Below, one piece after another: positions 6,745 through 16,840 of a DNA stretch of 64,000 nucleotides (within the stretch, counting starts at the first letter, position 1; each line of letters starts with the position of its first letter). Below the pieces are notes generated by a model that ran no database searches, was not told where the DNA came from, and saw nothing but the letters and a program-made list of their open reading frames with translations. The position numbers and the translations under genes were made by a program. Origin of the DNA: a virus (taxonomy: Duplodnaviria > Heunggongvirae > Uroviricota > Caudoviricetes); the IMG/VR virus record IMGVR_UViG_3300033062_002687, one strand, 5' to 3'.

Positions 6745-6781
6745 CTAAATCCCCTCCCCTTGATGTGTAAATAATCATGTA

Positions 6782-6797
6782 CTTTATATATCTTTCT
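6782..6797 (-). promoter_or_regulatory. Archaeal BRE/TATA promoter
   Basis: AGAAAGATATATAAAG. Confidence 0.55.
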
Positions 6798-6858
6798 AAA
6801 GACCTAGGGACCAGCTCCTACTGGCCCCGAGGGGGTAAACAAACCAACTCTTTAGAAG

Positions 6859-7374
6859 TTAGGAGCATTTTTTTCTCATCATAAATTTATTTGCAAGATA
6901 CTCCTCATCATCTTGCGAAAAGCCCTTTCGCATCTTCATATGGTCCAAAACATGATGATGCCCAACTTCATGAGGAATAACGTATTCATCCATATATTTT
7001 TGGAGCTCATGCCTCTCGTCAAGCTCAGGTATCATCTTTTTGTATCTCATACCTTTCTTTGTTTTGATCACTGGTTCTGAATAAACATTGATGCGATCAG
7101 CCTTATCAGAATATTGAGCAAATGCCTTAGTTTGCTCAGTAAAAGAAAGCTTTGAAGGAGGCCTGAATGAAACCTCCTTTAAGCCTGTTAGCTGCTCTTC
7201 CGGCAGTGTTTCTAATACCCTCTTTGCCTCTTGAGGAGAGATCGGGTAAACATGATTCTTATATGTAGACTTAACTGTGATTGGAATTTTCACCTTACCT
7301 TTCTTCACGAATGCTGCTGTCCTGATGCCTTTTCTCGCCATTCTATGTCTCCAAGATTCCCATTTCCATGTCAT
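6859..7374 (-). CDS. Tag-family protein, zincin-like metallopeptidase
   Basis: WESWRHRMARKGIRT tag; HEVGH with downstream EE. Confidence 0.75.
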   Translation of the reverse strand: MTWKWESWRHRMARKGIRTAAFVKKGKVKIPITVKSTYKNHVYPISPQEAKRVLETLPEEQLTGLKEVSFRPPSKLSFTEQTKAFAQYSDKADRINVYSEPVIKTKKGMRYKKMIPELDERHELQKYMDEYVIPHEVGHHHVLDHMKMRKGFSQDDEEYLANKFMMRKKCS

Positions 7375-8330
7375 TGTTTATCAACTCCTTCAATCTTCAT
7401 CCAAGCAGCTTTTACTGCAGGCTTCTTATCAGGATATACATGCTTAAGATCTTTATATGATGCACCTTGATCCTTTAACCATGAAACATCATCTAGGAAT
7501 TCACGAGAGACTGTCGGCAAAGGATCATATTGCTTACGTCGACCAACAAGCTGAGGACCAATTGAAGGTTCTGACCAGGTTGAAGTTGGTTTCTTTGCAT
7601 CATATTTATTATCTTTTTTTATAAATTCTTCTATTTCTTCATCAGAATAATCCAATAATTTACCTATTTTTTTATGAAACACAGGATTATGTTTGATCTC
7701 TTTTGTTGGGATTGATTCATAAATATTTTTCAATTCACGAGCAACATGTTCTTTTTCAGGTTGAAAATACAGGAAATCGTGATAAAGTGGTGGAATATCA
7801 TGCTCAACAGTCAACATCGGCAAATTTGTTTTAAGCGAATGCCCTGACATAACAACCGCTTTGTTTCCTGATTCGACTTCTTTAAGCTGTTCTTCATCTG
7901 ACATCTCGGAAAATTTTTTAGCTTGAAAAAGCTTAATACGCCTTTTTCTATCAATCTCATCCTGATACTTCATTTTTGCAAGAATTTCATCAGGATTTTG
8001 TTCAATAAGATTTTTGAATTCCTCATTTGAATAAGAAGAATCAATTGCCTTAAACCTAGTTCTTGCAAATTTTCTCTTTGCTAATTCATCCTTCCCCTCC
8101 TCAAATAATCGCTTCATATTACTTAAAATCTGCTCAGGTGATTCTCCATGTATGGAGGTTACTGGAACTGAATCATCCATAACTCTTATGAATTCCTTTC
8201 TTGCCAAATACCTACTGTTCGCTTTATCATATTTTGTTTTTATGCCACGAGCTGCTAGAGCATGCTGCCAACTATGCAGAAACCATCCTTTTCCAAACGA
8301 CTGCTTGTATTTTTGCTGTAGATTCATCAT
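7371..8330 (-). CDS. Tag-family multi-module protein
   Basis: GWFLHSWQHALAARGIKT tag. Confidence 0.75.
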   Translation of the reverse strand: MMNLQQKYKQSFGKGWFLHSWQHALAARGIKTKYDKANSRYLARKEFIRVMDDSVPVTSIHGESPEQILSNMKRLFEEGKDELAKRKFARTRFKAIDSSYSNEEFKNLIEQNPDEILAKMKYQDEIDRKRRIKLFQAKKFSEMSDEEQLKEVESGNKAVVMSGHSLKTNLPMLTVEHDIPPLYHDFLYFQPEKEHVARELKNIYESIPTKEIKHNPVFHKKIGKLLDYSDEEIEEFIKKDNKYDAKKPTSTWSEPSIGPQLVGRRKQYDPLPTVSREFLDDVSWLKDQGASYKDLKHVYPDKKPAVKAAWMKIEGVDKQ

Positions 8331-9196
8331 AGACCCCACTGATGCCTTTTTCTTGGACTAATCCATTTATCACCAGATGGCTCATCATCTTGATAATCAT
8401 CTTCATTGCGTATTTTCTTTTTGACTTGATATTTCATTGCCTTAAAAACATCCTTTTCTTCCTTAGACATATTTTCTGTTGCTTTTTGTAATTTTTCTTT
8501 CTGTAATTCCTTCGATAACTTCATCGCACCTGTAGATCCAACAGCCTCGGTGACAGGAACACCACGCTTATATATTTGTTTTTTCATTCTTTCTGTAAAA
8601 TGTACAGCTCTTTTTTCTGCACCAAGCGGCTCATGTTTTGTGATAAGATCATCCCATGTCCACTCTTTTGAATCAGAAGGCTTTCCTTCAATCTCTTTCC
8701 AATTACCAGTAGATTCATCAAAAATACTTGGCAAACCTTTCTTTCTTCTAGCTTCATCCTCTCTGAAATGAGCATATTCATGAAAAAATGAACTTTCTGA
8801 ACCAGGCATATGAGCATATTTCAAACTAATAAATGGAATTTGACTTTTATTTGTGCGTCCATATTGCGCACTAGTTTCAAATTCAGAAGCACCAGATTCA
8901 TCATGCTCATATGCAACTTTTTTATCAGCCATTTCTTTAATTATACCTGGTCTGATTTTCTCATAGGTTTCTAAAGCATGGATCACAGCATCACGATCTT
9001 TTGGTGAAATATTTTTATTAATTTCTATCTTTTCTCTCTTACCTTCTAAAGAATAAGGAACATGAACTAAATCTGGATATATTTTTCCTTCATGTTTAAA
9101 GACAAAATGTCTAGTTTTGATGCCTTTGGCTGCTAACATGTGTCGCCAACTATCTTTAAACCAACCCTTCATGTTGAACTTGTATTTTGGGTTCAT
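8327..9196 (-). CDS. Tag-family protein, zincin-like
   Basis: Tag; HEYAH...EKRA. Confidence 0.75.
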   Translation of the reverse strand: MNPKYKFNMKGWFKDSWRHMLAAKGIKTRHFVFKHEGKIYPDLVHVPYSLEGKREKIEINKNISPKDRDAVIHALETYEKIRPGIIKEMADKKVAYEHDESGASEFETSAQYGRTNKSQIPFISLKYAHMPGSESSFFHEYAHFREDEARRKKGLPSIFDESTGNWKEIEGKPSDSKEWTWDDLITKHEPLGAEKRAVHFTERMKKQIYKRGVPVTEAVGSTGAMKLSKELQKEKLQKATENMSKEEKDVFKAMKYQVKKKIRNEDDYQDDEPSGDKWISPRKRHQWGL

Positions 9197-9954
9197 ATAT
9201 TCTCACGTTGAAATTTTTCTCTTTCGATTCGTTCTTTTTGTTTTAAAAATTCTTCATTAAACTTTTGTACTTTTTCACCATCTAATAAAATATTTTTCAA
9301 ACTATGCGGCTCCGAATATCTTGTAACATAATTTAATTCTTCCGGTAAGCCCATTCGTTTTCTGAATCGCTGAGCAAATTTTTCTGCCTCTTCCTCAGAT
9401 TGTGCATGAGGAATATTCTTTCTCGTTGATTTATAACCAAGAACTTCATGTCCAATCTCATGCGGCAAAACATCATAAAGATATTCTTTTCGAGCTTCTT
9501 CAGGAGTCAATTCCATACCAGCAATAACAAAAGTTGATGGTTTAGTCTTTCTTGACCTAAATGGTTTTGTAAATAGAACAATTCTTCCTTCAGTAAAAGC
9601 CTGTCCATAAGTTCCTGAAGCGCCGAGAAGCATTGACGACGGAGCTTTTATCTCAACTTTTTTGACTGAAGCTTTTAATTCCTCTGGAGTCATCATTTCA
9701 ATCATTCCTTTTATCTCTTTTTCGGTAACAGGAGACCTATGAGTCTTTGGAAGATTTGACTGAATAACATCAATAGATGTTGGCTCGAGCTCGAACTTTT
9801 TGCCTCTTAAAAGCTTTATCCTGGTCTGATCTTCACCATAAGGCCAGGCTTTCTCAAGCAAAAATTTTCTTGTTTTGATACCTTTAGCCGCAAGCATATG
9901 TCTCCAACTATCTTTAAACCAACCTTTCATATTGAATTTGTATTTTGAAGTCAT
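9193..9954 (-). CDS. Tag-family protein, zincin-like
   Basis: Tag; LPHEIGH...EEEAEKFA. Confidence 0.75.
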   Translation of the reverse strand: MTSKYKFNMKGWFKDSWRHMLAAKGIKTRKFLLEKAWPYGEDQTRIKLLRGKKFELEPTSIDVIQSNLPKTHRSPVTEKEIKGMIEMMTPEELKASVKKVEIKAPSSMLLGASGTYGQAFTEGRIVLFTKPFRSRKTKPSTFVIAGMELTPEEARKEYLYDVLPHEIGHEVLGYKSTRKNIPHAQSEEEAEKFAQRFRKRMGLPEELNYVTRYSEPHSLKNILLDGEKVQKFNEEFLKQKERIEREKFQRENI

Positions 9955-9963
9955 CTCATATCC

Positions 9964-10644
9964 TTATCTATCTTCAGCTAAATCTTCAGCTAATATTTTC
10001 TCCGATAGCTTTTTGCTTTTATCTAATCTGGCCTGCCGTACAATTTTTAAAGCCTGAGGATTTAACCAGGCTGTTGACTCAGCATCCCATGAGTAAACGC
10101 TTTCAAAAGGATCTTGTTTATCTAAGCGACGATGAAAATTATGTCCTTCCATAGCCGTTTCCTTTGGCACTCTAATAGCATCCCAGTCCTTGCTCATAGC
10201 CTTCCAATCGACATTATGCAAACCTGTATGATGTAGTAAAGGAGTTTTAGCTGGATAATTTTTTGTTAAATAATCAAAATCCTCTTCTGTATCGACCTGA
10301 AATATTCGTGCATCTGATTTTGGTTTAAGCAAAGTTCCTTTTTTATCATGCTTGAAATCTGCATTTATTGCCCAATCCTGCCAATCACTTTCAACTTCTC
10401 CTTCAGGAGTATATGTTGAAGTCCACAACACACCACCAGGCTTACCTATACCCCGATGTATATTAGTTACTTCGGCAGGAATGAGTCTTTTTTTTATTCT
10501 CCTACCTGAGTGAAGCTGAAGACCGATTGACTCTGGAGAAACTTTAGGCATTTGATACTTTCTTGTTTTTATTCCCTTAGCTGCTAGCATATGTCGCCAG
10601 CTATCTTTGAACCATCCTTTCGTATTGAACTTGTATTTATTCAT
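9964..10644 (-). CDS. Tag-family protein, possible ADP-ribosyltransferase-like fold
   Basis: Tag; H...LWTST...WDAES pattern (fold assignment is inference). Confidence 0.55.
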   Translation of the reverse strand: MNKYKFNTKGWFKDSWRHMLAAKGIKTRKYQMPKVSPESIGLQLHSGRRIKKRLIPAEVTNIHRGIGKPGGVLWTSTYTPEGEVESDWQDWAINADFKHDKKGTLLKPKSDARIFQVDTEEDFDYLTKNYPAKTPLLHHTGLHNVDWKAMSKDWDAIRVPKETAMEGHNFHRRLDKQDPFESVYSWDAESTAWLNPQALKIVRQARLDKSKKLSEKILAEDLAEDR

Positions 10645-11657
10645 GGTGTATATCTCCAATCCTTTTCAGTCTTTTTCTTTGACCTTAGAGGCAACTCTTG
10701 CCTCTTAACATACTTATCATAATATCTTTCAGGTAGCGATAGATCCATGAATTCAGGTAATCTTTTTTGCTTTCTAGCTTCCCATTCAATATCAAATTCA
10801 CTTGGTGCAGGCTTAAACGAAACTTTTCTTCCTTTTCTAAATTGAGCTGCTCTTCTATCTGCAAATTTCTCACCAACGTCAGGAGATTCGATATGAGCAA
10901 GTTCATGGGGCAAAACATGATAAAATATTTCCTTCTTTACTTTTTGTTCTGATTTTGGATTGAATAACTGAAAATGAGCCCCACCTACCTTTTCTTCACC
11001 CGTATCTACTTCTCTGTATATGGGCGATCCAGGAATATGAATCTGCTGTCTATATCCCCAAGCTGTACCGCGCGGCCCTGGATCAAAACCTCCCAAATCA
11101 ATTATCTTTACTGGAGCAAGTTCCTTTGGTTTCATTCTTTCTATAAAATCCTTCATTTCCTTTTCAGAAATAAGATTCTTGAATCTTACTGGTTTAAACT
11201 TTCCCTCTTCAATCATTATTTGCTCAGGATAGGTTAAAATAGGCTTTTCTTTTAATTCTTCAGGTGTTACTTCCTTTATTTCAATCTCCGTTGATTCTAA
11301 AAGAGGTTTATCATCGTGATCATATTTATGTTTAGGTATAAATCTTGTCTGACCTTTTCCGAGAGGCCAAGCTTTTTCAAGCTGATATTTTCTTGATTTT
11401 CTCTCGTTAATGATCTTATTAATTTCTCCTGACAAATATTCACCAGTTTGTAACCCCTGATGACAACAAACACACATGCCATTAACTATTATGTGTTTAT
11501 CCTTCTCATTACAAGTAATACAACCATCTTGTAGATGAGCCTCTGGAATTATTTTCTTTGGTTTACTTAATAAAAATTTCTTTGTTTTAATGCCTTTGGC
11601 TGCTAACATATGCCTCCATGATTCTTTCCACCAACCTCTCATGCTGAACTTATTCAT
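10641..11657 (-). CDS. Tag-family protein, Zn-finger plus zincin-like
   Basis: Tag; CxxC...CxxC; LPHELAH...EKFAD; paralog of 9193-9954. Confidence 0.75.
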   Translation of the reverse strand: MNKFSMRGWWKESWRHMLAAKGIKTKKFLLSKPKKIIPEAHLQDGCITCNEKDKHIIVNGMCVCCHQGLQTGEYLSGEINKIINERKSRKYQLEKAWPLGKGQTRFIPKHKYDHDDKPLLESTEIEIKEVTPEELKEKPILTYPEQIMIEEGKFKPVRFKNLISEKEMKDFIERMKPKELAPVKIIDLGGFDPGPRGTAWGYRQQIHIPGSPIYREVDTGEEKVGGAHFQLFNPKSEQKVKKEIFYHVLPHELAHIESPDVGEKFADRRAAQFRKGRKVSFKPAPSEFDIEWEARKQKRLPEFMDLSLPERYYDKYVKRQELPLRSKKKTEKDWRYTP

Positions 11658-12325
11658 TATTTCACTTCTTTTCGAAGAAGCATATCACGAATCCTGTCTA
11701 AATCCTCATGCTTCTTAAATGATTCCCCATATTTATGAGCTTCCTTTTCAATATCATGTGAATCCCATTGTTTTGCTAATTCTTCTTTTAATTTTGACAA
11801 ATCCTTATGTTCCTTTACTTGTTTAACATGCATAAACTCATGACCTAATGACTCAGTGAGATGAAGAGGCTGTGATATAAAGATACCTCCTTTATCAAGC
11901 AAAGGCCCTAGATGTTTTTCTTGTGGAGCAACTATTCCTTCAGTAAAATGTTCTTTTGCAATCCCAATAGACATTTTATCGCCTAATTCGGTCTGGGAAA
12001 TTAGCCGTCCAGCAGCTGGAATCCTTAATAATCGTCCAGATTTATGAATCAATGGCATACCTATATCATAAGCAGGCTGAACACCAATTGTTAAATTTTT
12101 ACCTTTTTTCATATCAAGCCATTCAGGATGTTTTGCGATTTGTTTAACTATAATTTTACGTTCTCTTGGAGTAACTTCAGAAGAAAAAAATATTCCTTTA
12201 GAAGGTAATTGTTCCCTAAATAACTTACCGCCAAAATATTTCCTTGTCTTGATGCCTCTAGCTGATAGCATATGCCTCCATGATTCTTTCCACCAGCCGC
12301 GCATATCGAACTTGTATTTATTCAT
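11657..12325 (-). CDS. Tag-family protein, zincin-like
   Basis: Tag; LGHEFMHVKQ...EKEA. Confidence 0.75.
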   Translation of the reverse strand: MNKYKFDMRGWWKESWRHMLSARGIKTRKYFGGKLFREQLPSKGIFFSSEVTPRERKIIVKQIAKHPEWLDMKKGKNLTIGVQPAYDIGMPLIHKSGRLLRIPAAGRLISQTELGDKMSIGIAKEHFTEGIVAPQEKHLGPLLDKGGIFISQPLHLTESLGHEFMHVKQVKEHKDLSKLKEELAKQWDSHDIEKEAHKYGESFKKHEDLDRIRDMLLRKEVK

Positions 12326-12339
12326 GGCTTTTCGATTCC

Positions 12340-12468
12340 TTATTTCTTTTTTCTTTTGCTCAATACACTTTTACCCGCTGTATAGCCAATCTTTGGTGAC
12401 TTTACAGTGAAGTCAAATACCTTGACTCCAAAATTTGCCACACCTTTAACTATTTTTTCTGCGCTCAT
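12340..12468 (-). CDS. Small basic protein (42 aa)
   Basis: MSAEKIVKGVANFGVKVF...; AGGTGAG RBS; paralog of the adjacent ORF. Confidence 0.6.
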   Translation of the reverse strand: MSAEKIVKGVANFGVKVFDFTVKSPKIGYTAGKSVLSKRKKK

Positions 12469-12602
12469 TTTCTCACCTTTTTTCCTCGTCCGATATTATA
12501 TCCTAGACTTGAAGGTGCTTTCAGCACTTTCCATCCGAAATTCGCACCTGCCTTAATGATCTTGCTCGCTCCTTTCTTGACTTTTGTTTTGAATTTTACC
12601 AT
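12465..12602 (-). CDS. Small basic protein (45 aa)
   Basis: MVKFKTKVKKGASKIIKAGANFGWKVL...; ATGA overlap with the next gene. Confidence 0.6.
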   Translation of the reverse strand: MVKFKTKVKKGASKIIKAGANFGWKVLKAPSSLGYNIGRGKKVRK

Positions 12603-12603
12603 T

Positions 12604-12786
12604 TTAGATCCACGGTGTAAGCATCCTGTTGATAATATCCTTCTCAGTGCGCTTGACAGCTTTCTTGCTAACCCTCTTATGCTTATATGCTGTTGGAGTT
12701 AGCAATTCATTAGCGATATTATTCATATCATAGCCGTACTGCCTTGCTTTCTTTCTTTGATATTTTTTTATGCTATAATATCTCAT
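12604..12786 (-). CDS. Small basic protein (60 aa)
   Basis: ORF track; K/R-rich. Confidence 0.55.
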   Translation of the reverse strand: MRYYSIKKYQRKKARQYGYDMNNIANELLTPTAYKHKRVSKKAVKRTEKDIINRMLTPWI

Positions 12787-12864
12787 CTTACCACCAACTC
12801 CAGTGTTCTTCCTGTAATTTGCATGTACAATCTTCCCTTAGCAACTCGCAGATTGGGCATGGCA

Positions 12865-14388
12865 TCAGTTATTCACCTGAATCTCCCATGGCATTATTGA
12901 ATTATATGCTTGAGCTGATTGATTTTGAGGAACCGATGCCCAAAAATAAAGATTGATATATGAATTATTATTTGCAGAAATAATTGATGATGAATTCATC
13001 TGAACTGAAATATTGTTTGACAAATTCACAGCAGTTGAAGTGTCATTTATTGGACTCACCATTGTAAAGTTCGCTGATAAGATTGAGGACCATCCTATGA
13101 GATCGTACGCCTTAACAGAAATATTTGTCAGATTTTCATTTCCCGTATTGTTGATAATGATAGGATTCTGGCTTGGAGTATTATTCAGGCCAGGAACCAT
13201 ATTAAAATATAAATACTGAGGATAGAACTGGGCTGACAACAAAGAATATACTTCACAACCATGATTCAATGAAGCATTAATTATCTGATTGAATGTTGAA
13301 TCAAATATGCTAACATTTAGATCATACAATCCAGCAGGATACCAATACCAGATTGTAATATTGCAATCATATGATTTTAATGTTGACATATTACTCCAAG
13401 AGCATGTAGCATTACGATAAGGCGAATTAATCGAAACATCTTTTATATCCGTAGAGTTCAAACCAAATGACTGATTCACATTGAATTTAATATTCATCAT
13501 CGCAAAATCTCCTGAATTAGGAAGAACAGCCGAGCAACTTAGTCCTGATAGGCTCGCTGAACCTGCTATTGTAAAATTCAACTCATAAGATAAGCTTGAC
13601 GCGTTGATTACTGTAAATGAATGAACCCTTAGCTTATATGTCCCTGATTGCAATCCTGTCATTGACCAGATATATGATACATTTGATGTATTTGTCAAAT
13701 TCATCCAGTCTGAACTATTAAAATACTCAAGAAAATATATCATCGTGGTTTTATTGCCAATTGATGCATTCCAGTTCATCAAAATAGATGAATTAATTGG
13801 AATTAGCTGATTCTGAACAGGACTTATAAAGATTGGAGTTGATAAATTTTCAGAAAATATTTGCTGAGTACAATTATCTGATGGACTGGTTGTGTTAAAA
13901 AAATAACCATATGTTGAATTCTCCTGAGTACCTTTTAACTGCCAATTAATTGCTGTACAATTTCCTTCAGAAAATCCAACATAATATTCTGGAGCAAAAA
14001 CTGACCCTATAGTGCAATTAGACCAAATCCCGCAGTAAACTGCTGCATTTGGATTAGTATCATTGCCGTTTATGCATACAGAACCCTGATTTACCAGAAC
14101 AGAATATGACTGATTATTGCAGGATCCTGTACCATTACAATAACCATTACCAGAACAAGCTTTCAAATTATTTGCAAGACAAAATGTACAGGTCATATTA
14201 GAGCATTCGCTCTTCAAATCTTCACTAGCATCCTGATAAATGCATTGGTTGGTTAGATTCATATCACATTTCTCACATTTGGAACAGTTTAAATCTGATG
14301 TACAGTTCTGCCCAATAGCTGAAACATTGATTGCAAATAATATTGCAATCAAAACTACTAGTCCAACCAACTTTATGTTACCCATCAC
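12865..14388 (-). CDS. Secreted Cys-rich glycoprotein-like protein
   Basis: Signal peptide; many N-x-S/T sequons; C-terminal domain shared with 21556-26877. Confidence 0.85.
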   Translation of the reverse strand: MMGNIKLVGLVVLIAILFAINVSAIGQNCTSDLNCSKCEKCDMNLTNQCIYQDASEDLKSECSNMTCTFCLANNLKACSGNGYCNGTGSCNNQSYSVLVNQGSVCINGNDTNPNAAVYCGIWSNCTIGSVFAPEYYVGFSEGNCTAINWQLKGTQENSTYGYFFNTTSPSDNCTQQIFSENLSTPIFISPVQNQLIPINSSILMNWNASIGNKTTMIYFLEYFNSSDWMNLTNTSNVSYIWSMTGLQSGTYKLRVHSFTVINASSLSYELNFTIAGSASLSGLSCSAVLPNSGDFAMMNIKFNVNQSFGLNSTDIKDVSINSPYRNATCSWSNMSTLKSYDCNITIWYWYPAGLYDLNVSIFDSTFNQIINASLNHGCEVYSLLSAQFYPQYLYFNMVPGLNNTPSQNPIIINNTGNENLTNISVKAYDLIGWSSILSANFTMVSPINDTSTAVNLSNNISVQMNSSSIISANNNSYINLYFWASVPQNQSAQAYNSIMPWEIQVNN

Positions 14389-14423
14389 TATCTTCTGAAC
14401 TTTAATGTGCTTATAAAGTTTTC

Positions 14424-15344
14424 TTATTTGTGCCTGGTAAATGCATAAATTAATCCGACTATTACGGATAAAACGAAGGCAATTACAATCAAATCAAGCA
14501 CATTAACAAACTCAGCTCCTGCTGTCCCTAATCCATCTGCAACTATTTTTTCCATGTCACCTTTATCATAGGTATTTGCATAACCTAGCGTTGCGCATGA
14601 ATCTACATGCTCTGTATTTCTCCATCTTAGACCAGCTGTAGCTGTCTGCGTTGTTCCGGCAGCAACCCATGACGTATCGACACAGCTTGTTCCTGAAGCT
14701 GCATATCCAACAAAATACTCGTTAGCTGTACTAGCTCCCTCAATACAATTTGACCATGTTCCGCACTTCAGAGTTGCGTTCGGAGCCTGATTCGCACCAC
14801 TAGCACAAACTTTTCCTGCAGCAACATGCAAAGATGCATCATTCGTATCTAAAATACCTCCTCCATCACAATAGCCATCAGGACCCTGCCTTGTGTATGC
14901 GTTTGTACAGGCATTATATGTGGCAGTCTCTCCGGTATTCGTCACATATTCACCGCTTATTAATCCATTTACTGTCGTATTTATTATGTAATCTGCAGCA
15001 ATAAAAACATTAGCTGTTCTTACAACCCATCCTGTTGCAACACATGTTGCTGTTCCATCACCAGCGTATCCTACATAGAATCTCGTATAAGCACACCATC
15101 CGTCAGTATAATTTGCCCAGCTATCTGAACAATATACTGCCGCTGTCGGATCAACATCATAATCTGTTGCATTAATACAGACATTTCCTGCTGTCACATT
15201 CTTTATAACACCTGTGTCGTTGTATTTGTATGCACTAGGAGCACTTGTCTCATCCATGCATCCTGTCACTGCCGCGTTAACATACATCGCGAGTATTGTC
15301 ATTAACAAAACTCCAATTCCGATCATTCCTATTTTCTTATTCAT
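14424..15344 (-). CDS. Secreted Cys-rich protein with C-terminal coat-like anchor (candidate minor coat protein)
   Basis: Signal peptide; C-terminus YDKGDMEKIVADGLGTAGAEFVNVLDLIV matches the 57860-58582 family. Confidence 0.8.
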   Translation of the reverse strand: MNKKIGMIGIGVLLMTILAMYVNAAVTGCMDETSAPSAYKYNDTGVIKNVTAGNVCINATDYDVDPTAAVYCSDSWANYTDGWCAYTRFYVGYAGDGTATCVATGWVVRTANVFIAADYIINTTVNGLISGEYVTNTGETATYNACTNAYTRQGPDGYCDGGGILDTNDASLHVAAGKVCASGANQAPNATLKCGTWSNCIEGASTANEYFVGYAASGTSCVDTSWVAAGTTQTATAGLRWRNTEHVDSCATLGYANTYDKGDMEKIVADGLGTAGAEFVNVLDLIVIAFVLSVIVGLIYAFTRHK

Positions 15345-15350
15345 TTTTCC

Positions 15351-16313
15351 TCACCTTGGTTTTTCGAAGCTCTGGATTGCCAGATCCCCTTTTTTTGATA
15401 ATTTTCCTGATTTTCCGAAACCAATAGAAACACCCTCTTTAAGTGTTCCGACCTTAACCTTTGTTCCGGATAATTTAGGAATATGCGTTAGCTCTTTATA
15501 ATTTACGATATGCTTCTTTCGCTTCTTCACCCATTGCACGGGCTCGGTGTAGATTGCCTGGAATTTTTCAGGCTGTAAAATTCTTGGACCATGTATGAAT
15601 TTATCTCCTTCCCATGTTGAAAGATATGCTTCTGGTTTTTTACCAAGATATTTTGGTTTTCTTCCTGGCTTTAGACGCAAGACTTCAAGAGTCAATGGTT
15701 TTTCCTCTTCTTCAGCAGCTTCTTCCTCAGCAAGTTCAGAAATTCTTGGAATAGAACGCTTGAATGCTATATCGCTTCTGGTTCTCTTGACCTGAACATC
15801 ATGCCTCAGATTCTTGATACCTTCACGCAATGCCTTCTCAGAATCATTTTTTTCTCCAGAAACTATCTTTTTAGTCAAAGCCTCTAATTCAAGCTCTTTA
15901 ACAAACTCAGGCCTTTTAGTTGATTTCTCATGATATCTGTCAAGAACACCTTCTATTAATTTGCTTTTTGTTTCTCCACGAACATCTTCTGAAGGTGGCA
16001 TACCAGTAATTCTCTTAAGCTTATTCTGAATCTGATCTATCTTTTCGTCAATCTCTTCCTTGTTAATCGCTTCATCTTTTTTAGCAAGAGATCTCAGTGA
16101 CTGCCAATAATCCAATTCCTGGAGCAACATTGTTTTTTTACCTGACTTACGAAGAACAGGTTTAATCTCGTATAGGCTTTGCGCACCTTGCGGTTCATAT
16201 TTAGGAGCCTGAAAATGAATCTTAGTCTTTACTCCTTTAGCTGCAAGCATATGACGCCAACTATCATTGAACCAACCTTGCATATTGAACTTATATTTTG
16301 AATTAAGATTCAT
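15351..16313 (-). CDS. Tag-family protein
   Basis: MNLNSKYKFNMQGWFNDSWRHMLAAKGVKT. Confidence 0.8.
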   Translation of the reverse strand: MNLNSKYKFNMQGWFNDSWRHMLAAKGVKTKIHFQAPKYEPQGAQSLYEIKPVLRKSGKKTMLLQELDYWQSLRSLAKKDEAINKEEIDEKIDQIQNKLKRITGMPPSEDVRGETKSKLIEGVLDRYHEKSTKRPEFVKELELEALTKKIVSGEKNDSEKALREGIKNLRHDVQVKRTRSDIAFKRSIPRISELAEEEAAEEEEKPLTLEVLRLKPGRKPKYLGKKPEAYLSTWEGDKFIHGPRILQPEKFQAIYTEPVQWVKKRKKHIVNYKELTHIPKLSGTKVKVGTLKEGVSIGFGKSGKLSKKGDLAIQSFEKPR

Positions 16314-16840
16314 TTATTTTCCTCTTGATATTCTTCTCTTAAATTCTTCACCATTTGTTTCTTAAACCACAAATCCCTCGCTTTCTGAGGATCAATCAGC
16401 TTTCTTTCCTGCGCTTCGGTTGATAAAGCATACAATGGAAGCATTGGAAGATGCTTTTTTATAGCTTCAGCCTCAATCTCCGTTTTTGCAGGAATAATTA
16501 CCTCATTAGCATCCAGTTCTTCCACAGTTTCCGGCTTAATCTTCCCATGACCATACGCAACCCACCAATTCTCAGAAGCATTTGACCATATAAATCTGTA
16601 AGATGGCTTTTCCACTATTTCATGTCTTATCCCATACCCTGTTCTTTCCAAAACCTTTCGCTTAGCTTCTTCTATTTGACTTTCGGTTAGGTTCTTTTCA
16701 GCATCATCAATCCTATCATCACGTTTCGTCATCATGAATCTGACAGGCTTTGTTTTTATTCCTTTGGCTGCTAACATATGACGCCAAGATTCGTTAAACC
16801 ATCCTTTCATGTTGAATTTGTATTTTGAATTGATGTTCAT
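16310..16840 (-). CDS. Tag-family protein
   Basis: Tag. Confidence 0.8.
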   Translation of the reverse strand: MNINSKYKFNMKGWFNESWRHMLAAKGIKTKPVRFMMTKRDDRIDDAEKNLTESQIEEAKRKVLERTGYGIRHEIVEKPSYRFIWSNASENWWVAYGHGKIKPETVEELDANEVIIPAKTEIEAEAIKKHLPMLPLYALSTEAQERKLIDPQKARDLWFKKQMVKNLREEYQEENK

